From sequence record MT783706.1: a stretch of 43,505 nt of DNA; one strand, written 5' to 3'. Below, one piece after another: positions 7,485-16,705 of the stretch. Source of the DNA: Acinetobacter phage Aristophanes. The translations under genes and the position numbers were made by a program. Numbering within the stretch: position 1 is the stretch's first letter; each line of letters begins with the position of its first letter. Under the pieces are notes generated by a model, which ran no database searches, was not told the DNA's origin, and worked only from the letters and a program-made list of their open reading frames with translations.

Positions 7485-7877
7485 ATGAGTAAATTTAAAG
7501 TTGGTGATAAAGTAAAATGTATTGAACACGGTTTATTGGACACTACGTATGGTAATGTTTACGAAGTCCTAGATGTGTCAGAGTTTAATGGTGAGATGTA
7601 CTTTACGTACATTGATGATGTTGGTGACGACGCAGAGAGATTACAAAGTCGTTTTGAGTTAGTACAAGAGGATGATGTACTCACACCTGAAGAAGTATTC
7701 GAGCATCTTCGGAAGGGTACGAAGTTACAGCATTTTCACGGTACGCATGGTTGGAGAGATGTAACCACTCCGAAGGAGTTATACTATGAAGATATATGTG
7801 TTGATAGATTCCGTATTAAACCTGAACCTGAAGTCATTGAATTGAACGGTAAGAAGTACCGAGAGATTGTAGACTAG
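7485..7877 (+). CDS. Hypothetical protein (about 130 aa, 'KFKVGDKVKCIE' N-terminus)
   Basis: The track ORF 7473 begins with TTG. The in-frame ATG at 7485 with a GGAAG RBS is preferred. Confidence 0.65.
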   Translation: MSKFKVGDKVKCIEHGLLDTTYGNVYEVLDVSEFNGEMYFTYIDDVGDDAERLQSRFELVQEDDVLTPEEVFEHLRKGTKLQHFHGTHGWRDVTTPKELYYEDICVDRFRIKPEPEVIELNGKKYREIVD

Positions 7878-7887
7878 ACGTTTTTAG

Positions 7888-7919
7888 GGTACTTATAAGT
7901 TACTGATTTATAAGTACTC
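7888..7919 (+). terminator. Hairpin (gtacttataa / ttataagtac, 7-nt loop) followed by a T-rich run; putative terminator after the early region
   Basis: 10-bp inverted repeat 7889-7898 / 7908-7917, then 'ctcttttaat'. Confidence 0.45.
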
Positions 7920-7945
7920 TTTTAATAATCATGCGTATTGATGAG
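7920..7945 (+). promoter_or_regulatory. Candidate phage-RNAP promoter (ttttaataatcatgcgtattga) upstream of the DNA-metabolism block
   Basis: A 20-mer identical to 20804-20823, in the same context (just after a terminator hairpin and upstream of a gene block). Confidence 0.5.
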
Positions 7946-8050
7946 AGATAAGAAGAGAGGTAAAGTGAAAGTACTAATAGATGTAATTCTGACAGTAATT
8001 CTAATACTGTTGATATATGTAATCATAGCATTATTAGGTAGTGTATAAAT

Positions 8051-10378
8051 ATGACATTCTGTATATTAGATTTAGAAACCGAGAATCGAGAGTGGTTCGG
8101 TAATAACTCATCACCACACAATCCTGAGAACTGGATTGTAGCTGCTGGTTGGTGTATTGATAACCAAGATATTCAAAGTGAGTACTTCCCATCAAAGGAG
8201 TTAGCACTTAGTAGTAACTGGTTAGAACGTGCACTACAGGATCAGCAGTACCTAGTAGCCCACAATGCTACTTTTGAGATACAGTGGTTGATGAAGTACT
8301 ATCCTGACACGCTCATGAAGTTCTTTAAACGAGGTGGTAAAGTATTCTGTACCCAGTACGCTGAGTACCTGTTATCACACCAACAAGAGATGTATCCACG
8401 CCTAGAGGATTGTTCTATTAAGTACGGCGGTACTGTGAAGGTTGATGAAGTGAAGCTCCTATGGGAAGCAGGGTACACTACATCACAGATTGATAGAGCA
8501 CTACTCATGAAGTACTTAGCTGATCCTGTAGTAGGGGATGTAGCTAATACTAGACGTGTAGCGTTCTCACAGATACCACTGCTGCAACAACAAGGTATGT
8601 GGAAGATGTGTGAAATCCGTATGGATAGCCTACTGTTCAATGCGGTAGCTACGTACTTCGGATTGTATGTTGATCTTGAGGTAGCTAAGAAGAACCAAGC
8701 TGAACAAGAACAACGTATCGAGGAGATCAAGGATAGTATTAAGAAGATGCTACCTACTGATCTACCTAGTGAGTTAGAGTTCAGCTTCACTTCTCCATAT
8801 CACATGTCAGCATTCTTATTCGGTGGTACAATTCAGTACAAAGCTAAGGTTAGTTATGAGCCTAAGAAGTACGAGCAGATAGAAGCGTATGAGTTCACTA
8901 ATCAGTACAACGATAATGTCGAATATATACCTGTAGCTAAAATGACAGGGATATGGGAGAACATAACTAATTTAGAAGAACATATGGACGCAACCTGCAC
9001 TAGATTTAAGGCTGGTAAGAACAAAGGTCAACCTAAAGTATTCAAGATTGATTCTGATGTTGAGAAACTCAAATGGGGAGATAAGCAATACACCTTCAAG
9101 GGTCTCATTGATCTTAATAAGCTACCTAATCACGTTAAGAGTCTGTACCTAGATAAACGTGCAGAGTTCAGAGGTGCGAGAGAGTTGGTATGCGGTACTC
9201 CAGTGTACAGTACCTCAGGGGATAGTTTAGATGTGCTTGCTGAGCACACAGAGGCTGCTAAACCGTTAAAAGAACTCAAGGCATTAGAGAAGGACACAGG
9301 GACTTATTACTTACGAACTGACGCAAATGGTAAGCAATCAGGTATGCTACAGTTCGTAGAGCCTGACGGTATCATCCACCACCGTTTAAATAACTGTAGT
9401 ACTGTGACAGGTAGATTGAGTGGTAGTAACCCTAACATGCAGAACATACCTAGAGATGGTACGTCTAAAGTTAAGGAGATGTTTAGTTCCCGCTTTGGAG
9501 AGTTAGGTCGTGTTGTGGAGGTGGATTACTCAGCCCTAGAAGTGGTTGCACTCGCAAGCATTTCTGGAGATAAGAACCTGTTAGAGAACTTGCTGGCAGG
9601 TACAGATATGCACTGCTATCGTTTAGCAGGTGCTTTAGGAGAATCCTATGAGAGCGTGGTTGAGAAGTGCAATAATCAGTCTCATCCTGAATACAAGAAG
9701 TACAAGCAATTACGTACCGGGATTAAACCGAAGGCTTTTGCCAATCAGTACGGTGCATCAGCCGAAGGTATTGCCCATGCAACAGGTTGTACCGTTGAAG
9801 AAGCAATCCAGTTTAAAGAAACAGAGCTTAAACTATTTCCTGAGTCATCGGTGTTTGCTGAATTACACATCCGCCCTGAAGCGGAGCGTACAGGATTAGA
9901 GAGTAAGTTAGAGCGTGAGCAAGACCCTGAGACAGGTGTGTGGAAGTACTACCGTAGAGGATACTTCCGTGCCAAAGGCGGTACATGTTACAGCTTCCGA
10001 CAATTTCCTAAGCGAGAGGATGGTAAAGAATACTATGATTATAAAGATACACAAATTGCTAATTACCCAATTCAAGGAGAAGCTTCCTTTATTGTTCAAG
10101 CAGCTTGTGGTCGGATTATTCGGAAGCTCTTTGAACTTGACTTTGTTGGAGGACTTGTCCTACCGATTAACACCGTCCATGATGCAGCGTACTTGGACTG
10201 TGCAACGGAAGAACTTGCTAAAGAGTACGGGGCGTTGGTAAGAACTATCATGGAGGGAACTCCTAAATGGCTTACAGAGCAGATTCCCGCTTATAAAGAT
10301 TGGAATTACCATACCACACCGTTCCCAGCAGCAGCCGAGCTAGGAATTAATATGATGAACAAGGTGCATATAGAATGA
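8051..10378 (+). CDS. Family A DNA polymerase with 3'-5' exonuclease domain
   Basis: Exo motif 'LDLETEN'. Pol motif A 'VDYSALEVVALAS', motif B 'KPKAFANQYGAS' and motif C 'VHDAAYLD'. Length 775 aa. Confidence 0.95.
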   Translation: MTFCILDLETENREWFGNNSSPHNPENWIVAAGWCIDNQDIQSEYFPSKELALSSNWLERALQDQQYLVAHNATFEIQWLMKYYPDTLMKFFKRGGKVFCTQYAEYLLSHQQEMYPRLEDCSIKYGGTVKVDEVKLLWEAGYTTSQIDRALLMKYLADPVVGDVANTRRVAFSQIPLLQQQGMWKMCEIRMDSLLFNAVATYFGLYVDLEVAKKNQAEQEQRIEEIKDSIKKMLPTDLPSELEFSFTSPYHMSAFLFGGTIQYKAKVSYEPKKYEQIEAYEFTNQYNDNVEYIPVAKMTGIWENITNLEEHMDATCTRFKAGKNKGQPKVFKIDSDVEKLKWGDKQYTFKGLIDLNKLPNHVKSLYLDKRAEFRGARELVCGTPVYSTSGDSLDVLAEHTEAAKPLKELKALEKDTGTYYLRTDANGKQSGMLQFVEPDGIIHHRLNNCSTVTGRLSGSNPNMQNIPRDGTSKVKEMFSSRFGELGRVVEVDYSALEVVALASISGDKNLLENLLAGTDMHCYRLAGALGESYESVVEKCNNQSHPEYKKYKQLRTGIKPKAFANQYGASAEGIAHATGCTVEEAIQFKETELKLFPESSVFAELHIRPEAERTGLESKLEREQDPETGVWKYYRRGYFRAKGGTCYSFRQFPKREDGKEYYDYKDTQIANYPIQGEASFIVQAACGRIIRKLFELDFVGGLVLPINTVHDAAYLDCATEELAKEYGALVRTIMEGTPKWLTEQIPAYKDWNYHTTPFPAAAELGINMMNKVHIE

Positions 10379-10531
10379 AGTATGAATACCCCTAATCCAA
10401 GTAGACTTCACTTATGAGGTAGAAACGGGTGATCTACTAATTGAAACACAACATGACTGTATTCGATTAGACCCAGATGAAGTAGTAACATTAGCTGAGA
10501 AACTCAGAGATTGGGTATTACAGGATGAGCA

Positions 10532-10666
10532 ATGAAACGAACACTATTATGGAAACGAGCTAGACGTGGTAGTCAGTTAATTAGGGTGTACGCTGACTTA
10601 ACTAGACCACCATTCTCCACATACCGTGTATATCGTACACTAAATATTCATAAACATACTATTTAA
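10532..10666 (+). CDS. Possible 44-aa basic protein (MKRTLLWKRARRGSQLIRVYADLTRPPFSTYRVYRTLNIHKHTI)
   Basis: ATG with an upstream AGGA, inside a 300-nt gap between the polymerase gene and the next gene. Confidence 0.2.
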   Translation: MKRTLLWKRARRGSQLIRVYADLTRPPFSTYRVYRTLNIHKHTI

Positions 10667-10676
10667 GGAATCAGAT

Positions 10677-11471
10677 ATGAGTTTATTAAGTCAAGCACAA
10701 GCAGCAGTACAATCAAATACATTAACAGACTTAACAGATACCAGTGCAGGTGGGAACTTTGAGCGTAAGTTATTACCTGTAGGTGTAGCACTTGTACGCT
10801 TCAGTGGGTACATTGAGTTAGGTGTACAGGCACAGCGACCGTATCAGGGTAAAGCTAAACCACCTGCACCTGAAGTTAAATTAGTGTTCCACGTTGTAGG
10901 TGGTATGGGTAAAGATGAAAATGGTAATATGATTCCGTATGTATCTCAAGAAGATATTGAGAAAGGGTACTTCCCACGACTATCTCCGTTCTTTGATATG
11001 GTTATCTCGTTGAATGAGAAGTCCCGTAGTACAGCAGTGTTCAATGCTATGAACTACGCTGGGGATGCTAAGTACTTCGTAGAGAAGCTCGGTGCGTTGT
11101 ACCTACTACCTATCGGACTGACTGAAGATAAGAAGTACAATGACTACGACTTCCGTAAGCTACGTGAGCCAGTAGATGCTATGAGTGGTCAGTTGTATCC
11201 TGCACCTGAATTACCAGAGGATAAGTACCAACTGTTCTTATGGAACTCGCCTACAATGGAACAATGGGAAAGTATCTACATTGATGGTACTACTCAAGAC
11301 GGGAAGTCTAAGAACTACATCCAAGAGAAGATTCAGGAGGCTACGAACTTCGTAGGAAGCCCTATCGAGCGTTTACTGATGTCGGGTGGGGTTAGCCTAC
11401 CTACGTTAGGAGAGGACGCTCCTAGCGCATCTGGTGAGCCTACAGACCTACCTGCTGTACCAACAGTGTGA
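10677..11471 (+). CDS. Hypothetical protein (264 aa); possibly a ssDNA-binding protein, judged by position only
   Basis: ORF with an AAGGA RBS. No diagnostic motif was recognised. Confidence 0.7.
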   Translation: MSLLSQAQAAVQSNTLTDLTDTSAGGNFERKLLPVGVALVRFSGYIELGVQAQRPYQGKAKPPAPEVKLVFHVVGGMGKDENGNMIPYVSQEDIEKGYFPRLSPFFDMVISLNEKSRSTAVFNAMNYAGDAKYFVEKLGALYLLPIGLTEDKKYNDYDFRKLREPVDAMSGQLYPAPELPEDKYQLFLWNSPTMEQWESIYIDGTTQDGKSKNYIQEKIQEATNFVGSPIERLLMSGGVSLPTLGEDAPSASGEPTDLPAVPTV

Positions 11472-11527
11472 TAACAAGTGGGTGCAGTTCTAGCGGGCTG
11501 TACTCACAACCAATTAGAGGATTTAAT

Positions 11528-11617
11528 ATGTACAAGGAGATTAAGCACTGTCCGAATTGTGGTCTAGTGCGAAGTCTAACAAGTTATTGTGGATACTGTG
11601 GGGAGCGTTGTGATTAA
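11528..11617 (+). CDS. Possible 29-aa zinc-ribbon mini-protein (CPNC...CGYC)
   Basis: ATG with an AGAGGA RBS and two CxxC pairs. Confidence 0.3.
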   Translation: MYKEIKHCPNCGLVRSLTSYCGYCGERCD

Positions 11618-11631
11618 TTGAGAGGCTTGAC

Positions 11632-12582
11632 ATGAGTACAATACTAAAACGCTTTGGTGTGGATATTAAAGACTTGAGTACAAGTACTAAGGTACTAGCA
11701 CCTAAGAGTCAATCAGGGCGTATTCTACTGTACGATGGTGATGGTGCTTGTTATGCACACACAAACGGAGTAGCCAAGATTGAAACTGCGTTACGTAGAT
11801 TACATACTGATATTGAAACGCACATGCTTCTAGCACGATGCACCTCCGCAAGGGTACACCTTACTCCAAGAGGTTGTTTCAAGAACGGTAGGCATCTGCT
11901 GAACACAGTGAAACCTTACCAAGATAATCGTAACGGTAAATCTAAACCGCCGTTACTAGAGGTACTACGTTCACAAGCACAGCAGTACTTCGAGAAGCAT
12001 CCACATATCGAGATCATAGCGAACTACGATATTGAAGCTGATGATGGGTTAATGATTGATGCCTTTAGTATGCAGAACACTGTAATGGTATCTCCTGATA
12101 AAGACTTACGTATTAACCCTTACGAGAGCTACAACGTAGAGGAAGGTATTTTCGAGAGATTACCACTTGGGGATACCTTCGGTTGGATTGAACGTAAGTT
12201 CTGGCTGACACCTTCAGGTAAGACAAGTTCCAAGATGACTGGTAAAGGCTCAAAGTTCTTCTGGGCACAGATGCTTATGGGGGATCAAGCTGATAATGTA
12301 CAAGGTATCTTGAAGTACAACGGTAAGCTCTGTGGTGAGGCTGGTGCGTATGATGTACTAAGCACTATAGACGACGCTTCGGAAGCCTGTAACGCTGTTA
12401 TAGATGGCTACAGAGCCATTAATCAGAATGTCATTGCTGAGGGTGAGGCTCTTTGGCTACTACGTGACAGAGAGGACAGTGTGTACCGTTTTATTAAAGA
12501 ACATGAGTTAAGTCCTGCGAATGCACAGTTCGTAGAGGATTGTTATAACTCTGAGTGGAGGAGGTCTGAGGATGAGCACTGA
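11632..12582 (+). CDS. Putative 5'-3' exonuclease (FEN/T7 gp6-like), by position and size
   Basis: 316 aa between the polymerase gene and endonuclease VII, with an acidic-cluster N-terminus ('LYDGDGACYAH', 'DIEADDG'). The family assignment is not verified. Confidence 0.5.
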   Translation: MSTILKRFGVDIKDLSTSTKVLAPKSQSGRILLYDGDGACYAHTNGVAKIETALRRLHTDIETHMLLARCTSARVHLTPRGCFKNGRHLLNTVKPYQDNRNGKSKPPLLEVLRSQAQQYFEKHPHIEIIANYDIEADDGLMIDAFSMQNTVMVSPDKDLRINPYESYNVEEGIFERLPLGDTFGWIERKFWLTPSGKTSSKMTGKGSKFFWAQMLMGDQADNVQGILKYNGKLCGEAGAYDVLSTIDDASEACNAVIDGYRAINQNVIAEGEALWLLRDREDSVYRFIKEHELSPANAQFVEDCYNSEWRRSEDEH

Positions 12583-12636
12583 AGAACGTATTACATGGGA
12601 TGAGTTAGAGATTAATTGGTACGGGAGCGATTACTT

Positions 12637-13080
12637 ATGAGTAAACTTGTTAAACTCTCCCGTGGTGCTATGAGGGCATGGACTATAGGGCATCTTAAAT
12701 CTAAGCAAGGTGGTCTATGTGCCATATGTAAGAAACCTATCGACCTACAAGTTAAGGGTAACAAGTCTGACTACGTGGTGGATCACTGCCACGAGACAGG
12801 TGAGATCAGGGGTGTACTACACCGTTCATGTAACGCAGCAGAAGGTAAGGTGGTTAATGCAGCAGGGCGGTGGGGAGCTAAGAGTACAAAGTACTCTGAT
12901 GTTGTGCCGTTCCTCAAGCAGCTTGTGGAGTACTTAGAGAACGCTCAAGTACAAGGTACAGGACTTATGTACCCAGACCACCGCACCCCAGAAGAAAAGG
13001 CACAACGTGCTAGAACTAAACGTAACACAGCAGCAGCTATCCGTAGAGCTAAACAGAAGGTAAAAGAGTACAATGAGTGA
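12637..13080 (+). CDS. Endonuclease VII (Holliday-junction resolvase, T4 gp49-like)
   Basis: Motif 'GLCAICKK...VVDHCHETGEIRGVLHRSCNAAEG' parallels T4 EndoVII 'GKCLICQR...HLDHDHEL...VRGLLCNLCNAAEG'. The track start at 12616 is TTG; the ATG at 12637 has a GGGAG RBS. Confidence 0.85.
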   Translation: MSKLVKLSRGAMRAWTIGHLKSKQGGLCAICKKPIDLQVKGNKSDYVVDHCHETGEIRGVLHRSCNAAEGKVVNAAGRWGAKSTKYSDVVPFLKQLVEYLENAQVQGTGLMYPDHRTPEEKAQRARTKRNTAAAIRRAKQKVKEYNE

Positions 13081-13729
13081 AGTTAAACTACGTTGGGCAA
13101 CACCAGACATTGATGCAGAGATCGCTTACCAAGCCCGTGTATCAAATCCAGACAATCAGGATAACCCTGAGTTCGCACGATTGCTTAATTACTGTATGCG
13201 TAATGGGCATGTATCCCCATTCGAGATGGCTAATATGTCTGTGCAGATTGATACTACTCGTGATATTAGTCGTCAGATTCTACGCCACCGTAGCTTCTCA
13301 TTCCAAGAGTTCTCTCAGCGTTATGAAGATGCTACTAAGCTAGGTGATATGGTAGAGCGTGAATGTCGTTTGCAGGATACTGCTAACCGTCAGAATAGTT
13401 TAGAGTGCAACCACCTACCTGAACATATAAAACACTTTTCTAGCTTACAAAACCAAGTGTGGAAAATTGCAGAGAGTTCTTATCATTTAGCCTTATCAAA
13501 TGGTATCGCCAAAGAACAAGCCCGTGCATTACTCCCTGAGGGATTGACCCCTACACGGTTGTATATGAACGGTAATATCCGATCTTGGATTTTCTACTTA
13601 AAGCAACGCCTAGACCCTACCACACAGAAAGAACACCGAATTGTAGCTGAGCAAGTACTAGCTGTACTTCGTGAAGTTGCACCAGTTACAGCAGCAGCGT
13701 TCTTTGGAGAAGAAATTGCAAAAGACTAA
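13073..13729 (+). CDS. thyX: Flavin-dependent thymidylate synthase ThyX
   Basis: ThyX signature 'RHRSFSFQEFSQRY' (RHRx7S). Confidence 0.8.
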   Translation: MSEVKLRWATPDIDAEIAYQARVSNPDNQDNPEFARLLNYCMRNGHVSPFEMANMSVQIDTTRDISRQILRHRSFSFQEFSQRYEDATKLGDMVERECRLQDTANRQNSLECNHLPEHIKHFSSLQNQVWKIAESSYHLALSNGIAKEQARALLPEGLTPTRLYMNGNIRSWIFYLKQRLDPTTQKEHRIVAEQVLAVLREVAPVTAAAFFGEEIAKD

Positions 13730-14729
13730 TATTGAAACGTATTCAGAATCACATGTGTACCAATACGCCAGAGCTGTGGAAGTCGCTATTGAGCAGTTTG
13801 GTATCTTCTGGTCTGCGGAGGAGTTAGGTGTACATAACGATGAACCTGACTTACGTAGTAACCTCACAGATGCAGAGGTACAAGCTATCACGTACCTACA
13901 GAGTATCCTGAACGTATATGAAGATCATCTAGGCGATGATATTTGGGGTGATCTAATCCCTAAACGATTCCCAAGACGTGAGATTGTACGAGCTTGTCGT
14001 GTGATTAGTATGGTGGAGACTCACAGTCATGCACCGTTCTATAAGATTATGAATGAAGTCTTACATAAGGCTACAGATGAGTTCTACTCTCAGTGGCGTT
14101 ACGATGGGCACTTGTATAAGCACATTAAGTTCGTGGAGCAGTGCACTAAGGATGAAGATTCAGCTATCGTTACCGCAGCCCTGTGTGCCCTTGAGGGTAT
14201 TAACTTATTCTCAGCCTTCGGGTTCTTTAAACAATTTAACACACGAGGTTGGAACTACATCTCCCACTTTGTAGCGGGCATTGATGGTTCAGCTAAGGAT
14301 GAGAACTTCCACAGTATGTTCTCAGCGTGGTTGTTCCGACAACTACAGTATGAACGAGAACAAGCTGGACTTCTAACTCAGAAGTACAAGGATACTTTAG
14401 AGTTCACAGTGCGTAATATTATTACTAACTTATACGCTCACGAGTTAGCTATCATTGATAAGATGTGGGAGTTCGAGAAAACTACAGGAACTACAATCCG
14501 AGTAGTTAAACGTGAGGAACTCATCGACTTCGTACAAGATCGAGTGAATGTGGTACTAGGTTATCTGGGATACCCACCTATGTTCGTTAAAGAGAAGGGT
14601 ACTATTTCAGAGCAGTTCTACTTGAACGTATCCTCTTTTAAATCCAGCGACTTCTTCGCTAACACACAGCTACAGTACAAACGTAACTGGTCGCGTTATA
14701 AATTAAAATTCAATACTTCTGAGGTGTAA
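13671..14729 (+). CDS. Putative ribonucleotide reductase small subunit (ferritin-like di-iron, NrdB-like); start uncertain
   Basis: ExxH-type pairs ('VETHSH', 'DENFHSMF') and a position just upstream of the large subunit gene. The track start is GTG and overlaps thyX by 59 nt, so the real start is probably downstream or non-canonical. Confidence 0.5.
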   Translation: MKLHQLQQQRSLEKKLQKTNIETYSESHVYQYARAVEVAIEQFGIFWSAEELGVHNDEPDLRSNLTDAEVQAITYLQSILNVYEDHLGDDIWGDLIPKRFPRREIVRACRVISMVETHSHAPFYKIMNEVLHKATDEFYSQWRYDGHLYKHIKFVEQCTKDEDSAIVTAALCALEGINLFSAFGFFKQFNTRGWNYISHFVAGIDGSAKDENFHSMFSAWLFRQLQYEREQAGLLTQKYKDTLEFTVRNIITNLYAHELAIIDKMWEFEKTTGTTIRVVKREELIDFVQDRVNVVLGYLGYPPMFVKEKGTISEQFYLNVSSFKSSDFFANTQLQYKRNWSRYKLKFNTSEV

Positions 14730-14730
14730 T

Positions 14731-14922
14731 ATGGATACGCAAAAAGAACGTGAAGCATTTGAAACGTGGTTGTTTAGAGAATACCCAAACGCAAAAGACT
14801 TTGTGATTGTTTATAGACCTGACGAAAACATATATGAGCACTGCCCAACTCAAGCACGCTGGGAAGCATGGCAAGCAGCCATAGTAATGATTAATGAAGT
14901 ACAGGAGAAAGAGATTGTCTGA
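14731..14922 (+). CDS. Hypothetical protein (63 aa)
   Basis: ORF with an ATG start between the two RNR genes. Confidence 0.5.
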   Translation: MDTQKEREAFETWLFREYPNAKDFVIVYRPDENIYEHCPTQARWEAWQAAIVMINEVQEKEIV

Positions 14923-16615
14923 TAAGCACGAAGAACTAAGTCGTGAACGTAAACAACTACAAGCCGAAGGTCGTATCCCTGAGTGGTACAGTACTCAATC
15001 TTGGCAGTTATTCAAGAGTAAGTACATAGTACCTGAAGAAGGTGATGTTAAGTCTAGGTACTTAAAGATTGCTGCAACTGCTGCTAAACACCTACCTAAA
15101 GATATTCAAGAGTACTACCGTAGACGGTTCTTTGAACTTATGTGGTTAGGGGTACTCTCTCCTGCATCACCCGTACTAGCTAATATGGGTACTAATCGTG
15201 GTATGCCTGTATCGTGTTCAGGGCAGTACATAGGGGATTCAGTACATGAGTTCTATACGAACCTACATGAAACTGCTATGCTGAGTAAGAACTCCTTTGG
15301 TACTTCAGGGTACTTCGGAGATATTCGAGAGCGTGATGCACCTATCACAGGTGGTGGTAAAGCTAATGGTGCTCGACCTGTTATTGAGGACTTCTTTACT
15401 GCTGCTTCTAAAATCAGTCACGGCGGTATGCGAGTAGGTTCTTTCGCTGCTTATGTTCCTATGGCTAGTTCAGTGTATGATGAGTGCGTGAAGTCTCTAC
15501 ACTTAGATCATAAGGGTAAGAACTACGGTTGGAATATCACAGACGAGTTCACAGAGGCTCTTAAAGCTGGGGATCGTTCAGCCCAAGACAAGTTCACAGA
15601 GTCGTTGTACACTAAATTACTTACAGGTAAAGGGTACTACTTCTTCCCTGATAAGGCTAACCGCCACCGTCCACAGATGTACAAGGACTTGGGTTTAGAT
15701 ATTAAAGCTAGTAACTTATGTACTGAGATCATGCTGCATAGTTCTGAGGACTTATCGTTCTCATGTATCCTGAGTTCATTGAACTTAGTGCATTGGGAGT
15801 ACATTAAGAACTCCGATGCAGTACAAGTATCTCGTGTGTTCTTAGACTGTGTGTGCTCAGAGTTCCTAGAAATTTCTGAAGGTATACACGGTCTTGAGAA
15901 GGTACGAGAGTTCACCCGCTTAGGTCGAGCAGTAGGCTTAGGTACTATGGGCTTCGGTACGTTACTACAGCAAGAACGTATCCCTTATGATGGTTTAGAA
16001 GCGTACTACCTGAACTATGATATTTGGAAACACATCTCTGAGGAATGCACTAAAGCATCGCAGTGGTTAGCTAAAGAGTTAGGTGAGCCTGAGTGGTGTA
16101 AAGGTTATGGTCTACGTGGTACACATGACACAGCACAAGCTCCTACTAAGAGTACAGCAGGTTTACTTGGCGGTGTATCTGAGAGTACCTTCCCTGATGT
16201 TGGCTTTGCATTCACAGCAGGCTCAGTAGCAGGTGAATTATTCCGAGTACCTCCTGTGTTCTTACAGGTGCTTAAAGACTACGGTAAGTACAATCACTCT
16301 ACGATTAAGAGTATCGTAGAGCATAACGGGTCAGTTCAACATCTCGACTTCTTATCTCCTACAGATAAGTTAGTGTTCCGCACAGCGTTTGAACATGACC
16401 CTATGGTTAATATCCGATTAGCTACAGGTCGTCAGAAGTTCTTATCACAAGGTCAGTCCTTGAACTTCCATATCCCAGATAATGATAACACTGAGGAGTT
16501 ACTATCTAAAGTAATGACTGAGTGTGTTCTAAATGAGGATATTTTATCACAGTACTATGTGTACACTATGTCAGGGGTTACAATCTCTGATGAATGTACA
16601 GCTTGCCACGCATAA
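14894..16615 (+). CDS. Class I ribonucleotide reductase large subunit (NrdA-like, short form without an ATP-cone)
   Basis: Active-site motif 'SNLCTEI' and a C-terminal CxxC tail ('ECTACHA'). An alternative start is TTG at 14915, preceded by AGGAG. Confidence 0.7.
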   Translation: MKYRRKRLSDKHEELSRERKQLQAEGRIPEWYSTQSWQLFKSKYIVPEEGDVKSRYLKIAATAAKHLPKDIQEYYRRRFFELMWLGVLSPASPVLANMGTNRGMPVSCSGQYIGDSVHEFYTNLHETAMLSKNSFGTSGYFGDIRERDAPITGGGKANGARPVIEDFFTAASKISHGGMRVGSFAAYVPMASSVYDECVKSLHLDHKGKNYGWNITDEFTEALKAGDRSAQDKFTESLYTKLLTGKGYYFFPDKANRHRPQMYKDLGLDIKASNLCTEIMLHSSEDLSFSCILSSLNLVHWEYIKNSDAVQVSRVFLDCVCSEFLEISEGIHGLEKVREFTRLGRAVGLGTMGFGTLLQQERIPYDGLEAYYLNYDIWKHISEECTKASQWLAKELGEPEWCKGYGLRGTHDTAQAPTKSTAGLLGGVSESTFPDVGFAFTAGSVAGELFRVPPVFLQVLKDYGKYNHSTIKSIVEHNGSVQHLDFLSPTDKLVFRTAFEHDPMVNIRLATGRQKFLSQGQSLNFHIPDNDNTEELLSKVMTECVLNEDILSQYYVYTMSGVTISDECTACHA

Positions 16616-16624
16616 GGAGTTCTG

Positions 16625-16705
16625 ATGAACGGACAGTACGGTATGCTTCTGGTAAGTACTCAGACAAACAAGCTCAAGAACGTGCAGATAGGGTATAAAC
16701 TATGA
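16625..16705 (+). CDS. Possible 26-aa ORF coupled to the downstream gene
   Basis: An AAGGAG sits 6 nt upstream of the ATG, and the stop overlaps the next ATG (ATGA). Confidence 0.2.
   Translation: MNGQYGMLLVSTQTNKLKNVQIGYKL

Noticed and set aside
10386-10535. An open frame of about 49 codons immediately after the DNA polymerase stop ('...VDFTYEVETGDLLIETQHDCIRLDPDEVVTLAEKLRDWVLQDEQ')
   Set aside because: It has no ATG, GTG or TTG start and no RBS. It could only be expressed by an unusual event, and nothing supports one. It is probably a remnant or chance ORF.
12710-12937. Overlapping + strand ORFs inside annotated genes (12710-12937, 13077-13343, 14053-14274, 19722-19940, 22434-22637, 31535-31807, 7142-7324, 9648-9899, 9915-10241)
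   Set aside because: These are alternative-frame ORFs within strongly supported genes, with no independent RBS or conservation evidence.
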